Source of the DNA: Leucoraja ocellata
Lineage: Eukaryota
Assembly: GCA_036785375.1 (NCBI GenBank)
Contig: JAWMAR010000061.1
Location: forward strand, 8,618,001-8,682,000
Length of the DNA: 64,000 nt
Reading direction: 5' to 3'
The notes beneath the pieces are model-generated. The model was not told the DNA's origin and did no database searches. It was given only the letters and a program-made list of their open reading frames with translations. Of this stretch, positions 26,040 to 38,511 are shown one piece after another (within the stretch, counting starts at the first letter, position 1; every line of letters starts with the position of its first letter). The translations under genes were made by a program, and so were the position numbers.

Positions 26040-27360
26040 GTGGCCTTTGACAAGGTCCAACATGGGGAGCTGGTCTGAATGGTTTGAACCCATGGGATCC
26101 AAGGCTCCAAATTTGGGTTGTTAATAAGAGACAGAAATGGAGCTGTGTTTTTGTGATTAGATGCCTTGTGACCAGTGGTATACCACAGGGGTCACTGCGG
26201 GGACCTTTACAATTTGTTATAAACATTACCAGGATGTAGATGTGTGAGCAATGAGTAGTATGTTTGCAGATTATGCTAACTTGGTGTTTTTTTGATAGTG
26301 AGGAAAATGGCTGACTACAGGATGATGTAGATTAGCTGGTATGATGCAAAGTGGAATTTAAACCTATACATGTGAGGAGAAGCACTTTGGGAAGAGTAAA
26401 CTGGGAACATACACAATAATTGGACGCTTACCTAAATCACAGTTATGTCTCTCACAGTTAAGTGGAGTTAAGCATGAGATAAAGAAGATCTGGTAGGAGT
26501 AGTATTTATGGTAATCTACCTGTGGTGAGATGACATACTATAGAGAAATGTAGATCGTTTAAATGACTAGTCAAAGATCTAACACATGGACTGTAGGTCT
26601 TGTGCTTGGATTCACAAAACGCTAGTTGCAGGTTCAACATGTAATATGGAAAACTAACAATGTTACTTATTGATTTGAAAATGGAATAGAAAGGTTGGGA
26701 GGTTACGTTTCAGATATGTAAAGCATTGATGAGACGACATCTGGAGTACTTGATACGGTATTGATCTCCTTGTTTAAGGGAAGATGTAAATGTATTTAAA
26801 GCAATTTAATTTTCCTCAACTAATACCTCTGATGAGTATGTATTATAAGGAAAAGTTGGGTAATTGAAATCTATATCCACTTGAACTTTGAAGAGTTAGA
26901 GGTAACTTGATGGATATATGCACTATGCTGAGAAGACTTAACAGTGTGGGTGCAGAGAGGTTGTGGGAAATCTTAAACTAGAGGTCCCTATTTACAACTA
27001 AGTGCTAATCAATTAAAGGCAGATGAGACAGAATTTCTTATCCTCAGAGAACCTTGAATCTTTGGAACTCTTCCCCAAAGGTAGCAGAGTTGGATAGTTT
27101 ATGATCAAGTAGGAGAAAGGTTATCAAGTTTAGATGGAAAAGCACAGTTGAGGTTATAATCAGAACAACCATGAAGGTATTAAATGTTTAAGAAAGAACT
27201 GCAGATGCTGGGAAAATCGAAGGTAGACAAAAATGCTGGAGAAACTCAGTGGGTGAGGCAGCATCTATGGAGAGAATAAATAGGCGATGTTTTGGGTCGA
27301 GACCCTTCTTCAGATTAAATGGTGAGCAGGCTCAAGGGGCTGCGTGGTCCACAGTTCCTA
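26040..27360 (+). mobile_element. Old CR1 ORF2/3' UTR remnant with nested Penelope-derived element (27187-27313)
   Basis: AFDKV.H, VTSGIPQGS.RGP, MFADY traces; nested insert flanked by attaaatg at 27179-27186 and 27314-27321. Confidence 0.8.
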
Positions 27361-27594
27361 CACTTCATTACTACGTTAATTTGCCCTGATTTGAATATAA
27401 AATAGATGGATAATTGGAAACCATACATGCTTTGTAGTATTTTTTATTATTGTGCATTCTTTAAAAATGTTCTATATTTTAAAACAAATTCTTGGTTTAA
27501 ATTCTCTGTGTTAACAGAAATGCAGGGATGAAATTGATTATGAGTAGAGTCATTGTTCCAATTTTTAGACACTTGATTTTTGTTTTATAAACAG

Positions 27595-27689
27595 GCTTTT
27601 GGGAATGCAAAGACTGCTCACAATAACAATTCCAGCCGATTTGGTAAATTCATTCAAGTCAACTACCAAGAAACAGGCACGGTGCGAGG
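27595..27689 (+). CDS. MYO9A: MYO9A exon 3 (switch I)
   Basis: acag|GCT...; [32 protein letters not shown]; donor GG|gtgagt; 95 nt. Confidence 0.97.
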
Positions 27690-28735
27690 GTGAGTAATGT
27701 GTGAATCTGACGATAAGTAATTCCCCCACTCTCATTCTCCACTTCTCACTCTCCCCATCCTCTGTTTTCTCCCCGCCCCCCCAACTACTTTTCAGTTCCT
27801 CCTTCCCCAATTCACTTTCTCTCTGACCATTTGGCACAATTGAATGTAGTATATATGTCATGATTTAGCCATCCTTTTGTTGAATAACAGAATCAGTTGT
27901 GGGGCTTAATGGTCTATTTCTGTATTCATGTTTCAGATTATCCTGAAGTTCAATTATTAAATATGTAGCCAAACAAATGAAGAGATCAGAGATTTCATCC
28001 CGGCTGTGTTGATTTTAGCTTTGATAGCAGTTGAGGGTTGCAGGTATGTCCTGGATTGGAAGGGCAATAAAATCTGGCATAGTTGCTCCTTTTAATGATC
28101 TTAGTGTCTGATTATGAGCACACATGGATATGTGGAAAGACTGATCATGAAGATTGTAGGTGATTGTGAACAATGTCGATATATGGCCATGCTTTCTCTG
28201 TATTACTGAATTAGAGGAGATTGTGAATCTTCTAGAGTACAGTGTAAGTGCAGAATTAAACAATGTGCAAAACAGTAGCCAAAATGGGAATTTGCTCCAG
28301 CATAGAAGGAGATGATGCCCTCGAATAAAAACATTTTACACAGACTTGTGGGGGGTTATAGATTCCATAAAACGGAAGAGGAACGGGATAAAAAGTTAAT
28401 AACATTATAAAAACAACCACGTTTTTTTGGATCCTGGGTGGATTTCTGAGACCTGTTGCTTGTAATAACACTGTCATATGTGAGATTTAGGGCACTTCAT
28501 GGGTCTTTGAGGACCATGTGCAGAAGGTACCTCCTCCAGCTGTTTGAACTTAAACGCTGATGTTTCCAGCATTTGATTTTTCTTTAACGTATTTACCTCA
28601 TCCACTTCTTCAGTTATAAAGTTCCATACTCCAACTTGATTGTGTAGTATATGGGATGTTTTTATTTTTCCTGAATGTTGTGTTACTTTACATTAAGTGA
28701 TGTTACAGTTAATTTATGCCCAACCACACAATATT

Positions 28736-28866
28736 CTGAAGAAGGGTCCCGACCTGAAATGTCAATAGTCTGAAGAAGAGGCCTGACCCAAAACGTCACC
28801 TACCCATATTTTCAGAGATGCCACTTAACCCGCTGAGTTACTCCAGTACTTTGTGTCTTTTTTACA
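28736..28866 (+). mobile_element. Penelope-derived element with two tandem hammerhead-like cores
   Basis: ctgaagaagggtcccgacctgaaatgtc (28736-28763) and ctgaagaagaggcctgacccaaaacgtc (28770-28797), then the usual pseudo-LTR body. Confidence 0.8.
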
Positions 28867-29750
28867 CAGTAATAACGCTTTCTAGTTGTATTGCACTTCA
28901 TTAATCATCTTTTCCCCTCTCCTACCACTTCGACTACAGATAGATAAATGTGTGTGTGTGTATATATTTATATATGACAGAAGTATACACTCAGGATGTT
29001 GTTCAAGGGCCAATGATGACAGACAATTTTCATGGTTAACAATTCATAGAATTTGTTACCCACTCAGCCTTTTTTTTATAAAACATCAGCTTCCAAATTA
29101 AGCATCAATCTGCGGTTATGGGTGCTTCCCCACTTTCATTTCTTTGAACTGTGACTTTGGTTGTTCATGCAAATATAAGAAAATAGGTGTAAATCTTTTG
29201 ACTCCAAAACCTGCTCTGCCTTTTTATTAAGATCACGGCTGATCTTTTGCTTCAACACCATATCTATCACCAATTTTAGTGTTTCTGTTTCAAATGAATT
29301 TGATGACTGAGATTCCACAGCCTCCTAGGATAGAGAATTCCAACAAGTCACTACCCTCTGAATAAATTTCTCTTCATGTTTGCCCTAAATGGTCAGCCTT
29401 TTGATTTGAAAATGAAACGTTCATTGATATACTCTGCAGTCAGGACAACCATCTGGGTTATATCTATATTGTTGAGTCCTCTAATAATTTTCTATGTTTC
29501 AACGAGGTAACCTTTCATTTTTAAACTCTGAACAATTGAAGCCTTGGCTAATCGATCACTCCTTGTACGATAGGTCAGCCATCCCAGGAACCAGTCTGAT
29601 GATACTTTATTGCACTCTCTTTATACCAAATCTATGGTAGAAATGTTGATGTTATATTTTCAATTAATGTATGTCATTTATTTAAACAATGACTGTTGTA
29701 TTTCTGTGGATTTTTCTGATTAAGCCAGGAGCACCAATTTGTTTTTTCAG

Positions 29751-29813
29751 AGCTTATGTTGAAAAGTATCTGTTGGAAAAGTCAAGGCTGGTCTACCAGG
29801 AACATAATGAACG
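29751..29813 (+). CDS. MYO9A: MYO9A exon 4
   Basis: gttttttcag|A; AYVEKYLLEKSRLVYQEHNER; donor CG|gtaaga; 63 nt. Confidence 0.97.
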
Positions 29814-31310
29814 GTAAGAGGCATGCAGAACTTTTTAAGAGACAATGTAACACTAAGACCTTTATAAATAGCACCGAACAGTGGGTATTAATGTTTCTGA
29901 CACACGTATATGACCCTACACGTGACTAGAAATATATCTGTGTTAAGATTGCACGATGACCTACGTTCGAGTATTAATCTGAAATCAAATATTTAAAACA
30001 AAAGCTTTATGTGGCTGTCCTCATGTTAAACATGTTCCTTCAATATGGTGCTAAAGAAGAATTCTTGAGGCAAGTGTGTCTGGTGAAATTGATGTTTTAG
30101 TTGCATTTGTAAAGTCGTATGCCGTTATCCTTTTTTGTAAGGCTCAGTTTCCACGATTCTCTTTTCATTCATATTGATGGAACAGCTGGTTGACATTAAC
30201 TTCTGTTTGGGTAGACTTGTTATATTTCAATGGTAATGTTAGTACTGTTTGGACACCGAGTACTGAGTCTCAATCCACTTGTTATTGATCAAAATTGGCC
30301 TCTAATTACAATATCTACACATTTCATAATTTTTTGCTTAATGATACAACCATGATGCCGTGGACGGAGTTGCAACATCGTTTCACCATTTATTACTGCA
30401 GCTGAAGCAGCTACAGAAATAAATGTTTGTACATGTGCCAAAATGCCATTGCCTATTTGTATATTAATTAAGATTTGAATTGCTTGAGTGCTTTTTGAAT
30501 AATAGAATCATATATCCCTCAGATGACTGAGAGCTCTGCTTATTTGAAGGATTTTAAGTGGTAACCAATCGAAATTTTCTCATCCCCAACCACCCATAAC
30601 ATATTAATTGATGATAATGCCTGGAATTGAAGATCTGTGCCAATCCTACAGCAAAATGACTTTGATTCGATTCAGATACTGCCCCATGAATTTGATGTGG
30701 AAGGGTCAATATCGAGACAAAAATAATCAATATCGAAAATAAAATATCATGGCTATCATAATATCATAAAATGTTTATTCTACTAGAATAATGCACGATA
30801 ATCTGGCTTTGTATTGTTGATTTTAGTTGTCACAACATTAACCCTTGTGTTCTATAGTCTATTAAACATAACCCATGATATCTATGCCGAACATGATGCC
30901 AAATTAAATCCCGTATGCCTGTACATGATCCTTATCATTCCATGCATATTCTTTTGCCTATCTAAAGTCCTCTTAAATGCCCCTATATCTGCTTCCACCA
31001 CCAGCCCTGGCAAACACCAACCACTTTCTGTCTGGGTGGAAAAAGTTGCCCCACGTTTAAACCATTGCTCTCTTACCTTAAAGCTTTCCCCTCCTGTACT
31101 TGAGATTTCCATCCTGGGAGAAAAATGTTCTAACTGTCTACCCTATCTATGGGTCTTGTAATTTTATAAAATTGACGAAATTGTATTTGTTATGAACACT
31201 GTTGGACGTGAAATATCTGCACGTGATCTTTTACACTGCTGTTGTTCCTCCCCTCTGCTGTTGACTATAATATTTACGCAAATATAATATTTTACGTAAT
31301 GCCATTTCAG

Positions 31311-31410
31311 GAACTATCACGTATTCTACTACCTGCTGGCAGGTGCCAGTGAAGAAGAGAAAAAGAGTTTCCATCTGCTAAAGCCTGAGGAATACCACTA
31401 TTTGAACCAG
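31311..31410 (+). CDS. MYO9A: MYO9A exon 5
   Basis: catttcag|G; [33 protein letters not shown]; donor CAG|gtcagc; 100 nt. Confidence 0.97.
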
Positions 31411-31580
31411 GTCAGCTCCAAAAGCAGATTGTTTGCATTCCGCACTTTTGGCAGGTGTTCCACTGAAGACAAAATATATTATATTCAGGGCAAAGATCTT
31501 GATGTTCTATCAATTATTACTGAACTAACTTGGCTTTGTAAGTACCGAGAGCAGTAACATAATGTTCCTTGTTTTTTTAG

Positions 31581-31637
31581 ATGACAAAGAAACCGGTCAG
31601 ACAGACTTGGGATGATTATTACTGTGATTCAGAGCCG
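31581..31637 (+). CDS. MYO9A: MYO9A exon 6 (57-nt symmetric exon)
   Basis: gtttttttag|ATG; MTKKPVRQTWDDYYCDSEP, matching the MYO9A motor insert as I recall it (human ITKKPLRQSWDDYCYDSEP); donor CCG|gttagt; phase 0-0. Confidence 0.93.
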
Positions 31638-32053
31638 GTTAGTATTCAAGTTTTGCCGTGCCAGTGGTGAGATACCAGTTCACCACTATTCATCCTCAAG
31701 CTATGCATTCAGATAATTGTCAAAATATGCCAGTTGTTACATTGAATATTTCAATAAAATGGTTATTGCAATAGACTATCTGTGGTGGCTGAAGCAGTCA
31801 GTGTTTCAGGTAACTAATCTTTGATCAGAATTCCATCATAACACCAAATCATTTGTACAGTTAAAATAATGAGTATCTAAGAATCACTTAAAATTGAGAT
31901 GACTCATCTGGAGTAAAAATTAATAACTTTAACATTGTTCTTCAGAAAAGAATATTCTGCTTTCTTTCCACAATAAACATGCTATAATTTGAGTTTGTCA
32001 ACTATGAGAACGTATAAGCATTGGAATGATTAAGGTGGTACATTGGATATTGG

Positions 32054-32135
32054 TGGTAGACATAAAATGCTGGAGTAACTCAATGGGACAGGCAGCATCT
32101 CTGGAGCGAAGGAATGGGTGACGTTTCTACAGAAT
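32054..32135 (-). mobile_element. Penelope-derived short element, 12-bp TSD
   Basis: attggatattgg at 32042-32053 and 32136-32147. Confidence 0.8.
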
Positions 32136-32494
32136 ATTGGATATTGGCGATTCCATTCATGTTTTTGCGTGGGGAAGGTAGATTGCTGTTTGTTTATTCT
32201 TTGTGCTTGAATCAGAAGATTGTTTAAGCCTCAAGCTTAGGTGTGTCATCTTGGCAGTTTTTAACAATTGCATACCAAATGGGGTGTGTTATTTATGAAG
32301 TGTTAAATTCAGGTCGTCTCTATGAATACTGATAGATACAAGGCACTATTTGTAGAAATATTATCTCAAAATCTTTTAACTGTTTGTGTGTTTTTAATGT
32401 ATGAAGACTGTTTTATGTAATTAGCAACATTGTAAAAGCAACGAGTTTGCATTAAGTCTTTTGAGGCATGAAGTCATTTGAAACAAAGTATTTC

Positions 32495-33125
32495 AGTTTA
32501 GTTTATTGTCACATGTACGGATGTACAGTGAAAAGCTTTTGTTGCGTTCAAACCAGTCAGCAGAAAGACAATACATGATTACAGTCAAGCCATTCAGAGT
32601 GTACAGATACATGATAAGGGAATATAGTGCAAAGTAAAGCCAGTAAAGTCCAATCTAAGATATTTCGAGAGTCCCTGATGAGGTAGATCATAGTTCGGGA
32701 CTATTCTCTGGTTGCGGTAGGTTAGTTCAGTTGCCTGATAACAGCTGGGAAGAAACTGTCCCTGAATCTGGAGGTGTGCATTTTCACACTTCTATATCTT
32801 TTGCCCGTTGGGAGAGGAGAGAAGAGGAAGTGGCCAGGGTACAATTTGCTCTTGATTATGCTGCTGGCCTTGCCGAGGCAGCATGAGGTATAAATGGAGT
32901 CAATGGAAGGGAGATTGGTTTGTGTGACGGTCTGGGCTGCTTCCACAATTCACTGCAATTTCTTGCAGTCCTGGATGGACCACTATCTCCTTTGCCTTGC
33001 TGACATTGAGAGAAAGGTTGTTGTCTCGACACTAGGACACGAGGTTCTCAATCTCCTTCCTGTACTCCCACTCAGGATTATTTGATGTCCGGCCCACAAT
33101 GATGGCGTCGCCTGTGAATTTGTAA
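32495..33125 (-). mobile_element. Rex1/Babar LINE 3' fragment with internal deletion
   Basis: AQTVTQTNLPSIDSIYTSCCLGKASSIIK...RFRDSFFPAVIRQLN; (aaact)n tail at ~32495. Confidence 0.85.
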
Positions 33126-33759
33126 AGTGTGTGTAAATTCTGACATTTTTGTGGCGATCCATTTTGTCCAGTGACTGATCTCAGGAAGCGTTTATCTCGT
33201 TTTAACAAGCCTAGCAAGTCAGATGTCTGACCGATGTAATCTATGTGCTGTCATCTTTTCAAAGCTGTGGTTATCTTTATGAATTTAATCATTACAAATC
33301 TAGTATTATAGAAAGCCCCCTTCCTCTCCCCTCCACAGCCAACATGCACAACCATGCAAGTTAGTTTATAATTTCAACACATTTCTTCATCCCATCTTTT
33401 GCAAAAAGCAAAATCATCATGAATAAATGATAACATGAGGAAAATCACTGACAGTGGTGCAGTGAATCTATTTGAAGATCTTTCTGTCAAGCCTTTTATG
33501 AGCTTTGATCATTGATGTTAAATCTCCAGTTGTATCATTTAATGAGATACCACATGATCACTTGTAATTAAGAAGGCTTGTTTGGTCTCATCCCTCCACA
33601 ATACTAATCCTGTCATCTTATTTTATCTTTAATTAAACCCCTCTGAAGCACAGTACCTCTAACTTTGTAGAATGAGCTTAACACTGCAATTAAATGAAAC
33701 GCTATACAATGTATTCAAATTGCAGCATTAACTGCTTGCTTGACTGTACCCACATCCAA

Positions 33760-34002
33760 CCTGAAGATAGACACAAAATGATTTGAGTAACTCAGCAGGA
33801 CAGGCAGCATCTCTAGAGAGATGGAATGGGTGAAGTTTCGGGTACAACCTGAAGATCCAATCCACATTCAGTCTGAAGAAGGGTCTCGACCCGAAACGTC
33901 ACCCATTCCTTCTCTCCAGACATGCTGCCTGTCCCGCTGAGTCACTCCAGCTTTTTGTGTCTATCTTCGGTTTAAACCAGCATCCGCATTTCCTTCTTAC
34001 AC
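33760..34002. mobile_element. Penelope-derived fold-back element with intact hammerhead-like core (+), 12-bp TSD
   Basis: acccacatccaa at 33748-33759 and 34003-34014; core at 33873-33900. Confidence 0.9.
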
Positions 34003-34298
34003 ACCCACATCCAAACTGCCTTCTTGCTAATCTCATTGCCCCTCACTCTCGTTTGCCTCGGTTCCTTATGGTGATCTTTGTCTGCCAACCTGAGAAAACT
34101 CTTTGTCTGACTCTCTCTCTGTCTGCATACAGGGGCTCATTCTATCTGTTTGTCTGTTCGTGCTCCCACCACGAACTACCCCCTCATGCAAAGGAAGTAC
34201 TCGTAGTTGATGACATCAGGCGAACTGTTTCATCATTCTGCTGAGAGCTCAGTATTTGTGCTGCCCCTCAAATACTGGACTAACATCTGGAACATAAT

Positions 34299-34537
34299 TG
34301 TGTAGGAAGGAACTGCAGATGCTGGATTAAACCCAAGATAGATTAAAAAAACTCAGTGGGTCAGAGAGCATCACAAGAGAAAATGAAAAAGTGATGTTTT
34401 GGGTCGAGACCCTTCTTCAGACTGCCTCACCCGCTGAGTTTCTCCAGCATTTTTGTCTACCTTAGTACCGTGGATGATCACAGGCTTTTTTTTCACTGTA
34501 GCTGGATTTTCCAGCATCTGCAGTTCCTTTTTAAACA
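34299..34537. mobile_element. Penelope-derived fold-back element(s), diverged
   Basis: Minus arm with mutated core (~34393-34420) then plus arm gcctcacccgctgagtttctccagcatttttgtctacctt. Confidence 0.8.
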
Positions 34538-35101
34538 TCCACTGTATCTATGCCACTCATGATTTCATGAACCTCAGCCGCCTATACTCCACAGAAAATA
34601 GTCCCAACCTATCCATTCTCTTGTCATAACTCCAATCCCAGAAACATCCTTCTGAATCTTTTCTGCCCTCTCAACAGCTTAATCACTTTGGTTTTGAGCA
34701 GACAGATGTATGTTTAGAGCATGCTGTTTCAGCTCCTTTATATTGGGCATTGATTAGATAGGAATAATTATGGTGCATGAATTAACTTCCAAAAGTCCTC
34801 CCTCGGTTGCATAGAACATAAAGCAGTCCAGCACAGTTTCGGCTCACGATGTTTGTGCCGATCATGATACCAAGTTAATCTCTTCTGCCTACATGTAATC
34901 CATATCCCTCCATTTTGTGCCTACTCATGTGCTTATCTAAGTGCCTCTTAAATGCTCCTTTCATATTTGCCTCCACCATCATTCCTGGCAGCATGTTCTA
35001 GCATGTTATAGCTGATGCTCTCTAATCCAAAATTTTACCTCACTGCTCTAATTTGCTCTCAGTGAATCAAACATTTGTTGATGGACCTGGACGAATCTTA
35101 A

Positions 35102-35405
35102 TGGCCCTGTCCCACTGTACGAGTTCATTCAAGTGCTCTCCCGAGTTAAAAAAAATAATCAAACTCGTGGTAAGCATGTAGAATGAACGTAGCGGGTACG
35201 TTGGAGCTCGGGGACGTCTCTTAGCGGCTCGTAACGCTAACGGCAGGTAAACGCGCTAAGCTCGGGAAGACTTTTCAACATGTTGAAAAATGTCCACAAG
35301 AGCCCCGACGTACTGACGAGCGGCCATTACAGTAAATCTCCGAGTTTGAATCAGGGCAAACTCGGGAGAACTATTTGAATGATCTCATACAGTGGGACAG
35401 GGCTT
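35102..35405. mobile_element. PIF/Harbinger-type MITE
   Basis: ~45-bp imperfect TIRs gccctgtcccactgta...tacagtgggacagggc, TAA on both sides (35099-35101, 35406-35408). Confidence 0.85.
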
Positions 35406-35928
35406 TAAGATGGTCGTTTGTGAAATTCAATCTCTTTGTATGAGTAGCTAAGTAAACTTCAGATACTGGCTCCTGTTGCATTTGGGGGCTTTTGTTGATA
35501 GGCAGATATCCTATTGATTTCTGAAAGTATTTGGGCAAATAACAATCAAAAGTGTTGTGGGTTTTTTAGACAAGTACTGTTCTTGATCTATCCACTGAGA
35601 GAGCTGTGAATTCATGGCATAAAGTTTGAAGACTGGTGTGTTGGGGCAATTGGAGGGGGTCAACAATCAATGTTGCTTCTATTTCTGATTTTTTGCAAAT
35701 ATCTATATTGGATGATAATACTATTGCTCTGTGCCGTCAGACAATGTATCAGGCTCAATGTCAAGGCTCTTACCTAAGTAATAGCCAATTTCAAGTGATG
35801 GTAACTAATATATGTGAAAAGATACTCCAGGAAGGAGCCAGTGACTTCTAGGAGGAGGGGTGACAATTGATTGTAGCACTTGTATATAATATTGTCTAAC
35901 TGGAAATTGTTTGATCTAAATTCAGCAG

Positions 35929-36026
35929 GACAGTTTTATAGTTGAGGGGGAGGATCTGAAGCACGACTTTGAGCGCTTACAGCTGGCAATGGAGATGGTT
36001 GGATTTCTGCCTAAAACACGGAATCG
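35929..36026 (+). CDS. MYO9A: MYO9A exon 7
   Basis: ttcagcag|GAC (tandem acceptor, alternative start 35926); [33 protein letters not shown]; donor CG|gtgagt; 98 nt. Confidence 0.96.
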
Positions 36027-36470
36027 GTGAGTTGATTGGTTGGAAATACACAACTTGATTATGTATTGTCGAGGCAGGTATTAAATATTAAAAAATAACT
36101 TGAGATTGTGGTTTTAACTGGAGCATTTATACGCTGGAGACCATGTCTATTTTTCATGATTTCTCAAAGCCTCAGTCCTGTACCATGTTGTATTAGGTGA
36201 TCTCCACTGAGTTGCATACCGTTTACATCAATGACGATGTTACCCCGGGTTGGGGAAAGTCAAGTGACTTCGGCAGAGAGAAGTGTGTGTGTGTGAGCTC
36301 AAATGTTCCAGTAACCCACTGTCATCTCTCTTGAAAAGAATGCAGAGCAACATTGGTGAAATCCAGGGGGTGATTTATGTGCTTTGAGTCCAGGATCTAC
36401 TAATCTTCTGAATTCTAAGACAGAAAAGTATCCTGAATATGATTTTATTTTAATTATGTTTTATTTACAG

Positions 36471-36597
36471 AATTTTTTCTCTTCTATCTGCAATATTGCA
36501 CCTTGGGAATATAAAATACAAAAAGAAGTCATATCGTGACGATTCCATTGACATCTGTAATCCAGAGGTGTTACCCATCGTCTCAGAGCTTCTGGAG
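36471..36597 (+). CDS. MYO9A: MYO9A exon 8
   Basis: ttatttacag|A; IFSLLSAILHLGNIKYKKKSYRDDSIDICNPEVLPIVSELLE; donor GAG|gtagtg; 127 nt. Confidence 0.97.
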
Positions 36598-36934
36598 GTA
36601 GTGAATCCAGTCAACAATTCTACTAATTTTCTGTGTTCTTTGTTCTTTTGATGAATTAATTCCTATTGTAAAGTTCATTTGAAGTTTTTTGAAACTTTTG
36701 TAGAATTGCTCTCTGATTTGCCCCTTGTTTGGCTTCTGAGCAGATTTTCTTGCCCAATAAAATTTGTAAGTCCTCATTACATGCAATGGGTGAAAATAAT
36801 GGAATTTAATCATCAAATACAAGAAGAGCAATTTGTGTTTAGTGCTTCCAATGTAACGAAATATTCCAAAGTATTTCACAGAAGGGAAAGTAAACACTAT
36901 TTAACACCAAGCTGCACGTGGTGATGTTAGATAC

Positions 36935-37835
36935 GGAATATAGAACAGTACAGCAGAAGAACTTTCAGCTCACAATGTCCATGATGAACATGATGCCAAG
37001 ACTAACTCTTATCTACCTGCATTAATCCATGTCTCATTCCCTACACATCCATGTTAATATACAAAAATCTCCTAAATGTCTCTATCATATCTTCCTGAAC
37101 CACCACCCCTGGCAGCATGTTCCAAGCACTCGCTATCTTCCGTGTAAACACAATTTGCCTGGCACATCTCCTTTAAACTTTGCCATCCTCCCCGCAAAAC
37201 TATGCCGTCTGGTATTTGATTTCCCCATCTTGGGGTAAAAGGTTAGGACTCTCTAACCCAGTGGTTCCCAACTTTTTTTTGGCCATGCCCCACCTAATCA
37301 CCTCTAAAATCCTGATGCCCCCCCCCCATGTGGTGATATATAATTCTTAGCATTTAAAAAGTGAACTCCGTTTCAGCTGAAGAAGCTTAAAACGCCAATA
37401 CCTTGGTTGTAATAACTACACAATAAAGACCTTTTTTACCCAAAAAAAATTATTTACTCAAAATAACATCTGAAACATAAACTACATATGTTTACCTGAT
37501 GGAAAATCCTAAAAAATAAAAATCGAAAATTTGGACCCAGACCTCCTCAGTCGCGCTCAATTGCCCCCCTTAAAAATCAAATTGCCCCCCTGTGGGGCAT
37601 ACGCCCCACGTTGGGAACCACTGCTATAACCTATCTATGCCTCTCATGATTGTAAGTACTGCTGTCAGGTCTCCCTGCAACCTCCAATGTTCTTGGAAAA
37701 AGAACAATCCAAGTCTCTCCCTCTAGCCAAGACATAATTCTGGCTTCTGCAACCTTTCCAAATCCTCCACATCCTTCCAGTAATGGGGTGACCAAAACTG
37801 CATGCAATAATCCAAATAGCCCAACCTAAGTCCTA
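36935..37835 (-). mobile_element. CR1 3' fragment interrupted by a hAT MITE
   Basis: tagaacagtacagca tail, gaccaaaactgcatgcaataatccaa (EYC.QFWSP reverse); split at 37259-37623. Confidence 0.75.
37259..37623. mobile_element. hAT (Charlie-like) MITE
   Basis: 14-bp TIRs CAGTGGTTCCCAAC/GTTGGGAACCACTG; 8-bp TSD ctctaacc (37251-37258)/ctataacc (37624-37631). Confidence 0.92.
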
Positions 37836-38367
37836 GAAACCTTCAAAACTCTACATGGAATGATTTGGAAGATGGTGAATAGGTAAGAGAAAGGAATTCC
37901 AGATGTTTGAGTCTTTGCTACTGACGACATGACATTCATTGGTGAATTGGTTTCAATTGGAAATTACAAAAAGCCAATTCTAGACAATCGCATCTAGGAT
38001 ATTTTGCATCTGAGTTTCTGCTTATTTGTAACCCTGCAGAAGAAAATAAAAACCTCCGAACAGGGATTACAAATAGAGAGACGAGGTTAACCTCTGAAGC
38101 CGGAAGAAAGATTAACACTGTAAAATTTGCTAATCCCTGCTATAGGAAAGACAACATTAAGTTTAATTAGAGACGAGGTTTAACTCTGAAGTTGGGAGAA
38201 AGATTACCATATCAAATACATCTTGATCAAGGAACATCATAAATATAAAGTAAAGACATTACAGAAGAGGACTCAAATGTGTAATAATACGCCGAGTACC
38301 ATGATTGCTGCCAATAGTGAAGTCTACATTATGCTACTCACTTTGATAAACACTGTTCTTAAACTAG

Positions 38368-38457
38368 GTTAAAGAGGAGACACTTTTTGAAGCACTCACC
38401 ACCCGGAAGACTGTGACAGTTGGAGAAAGACTTATCCTACCCTATAAATTATCTGAG
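38368..38457 (+). CDS. MYO9A: MYO9A exon 9
   Basis: aaactag|GTT; [30 protein letters not shown]; donor GAG|gtaacg; 90 nt. Confidence 0.97.
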
Positions 38458-38511
38458 GTAACGTAAAATACAGTAGAATGACTGTACAATTTGTATTCTG
38501 TGAATGAGAAA

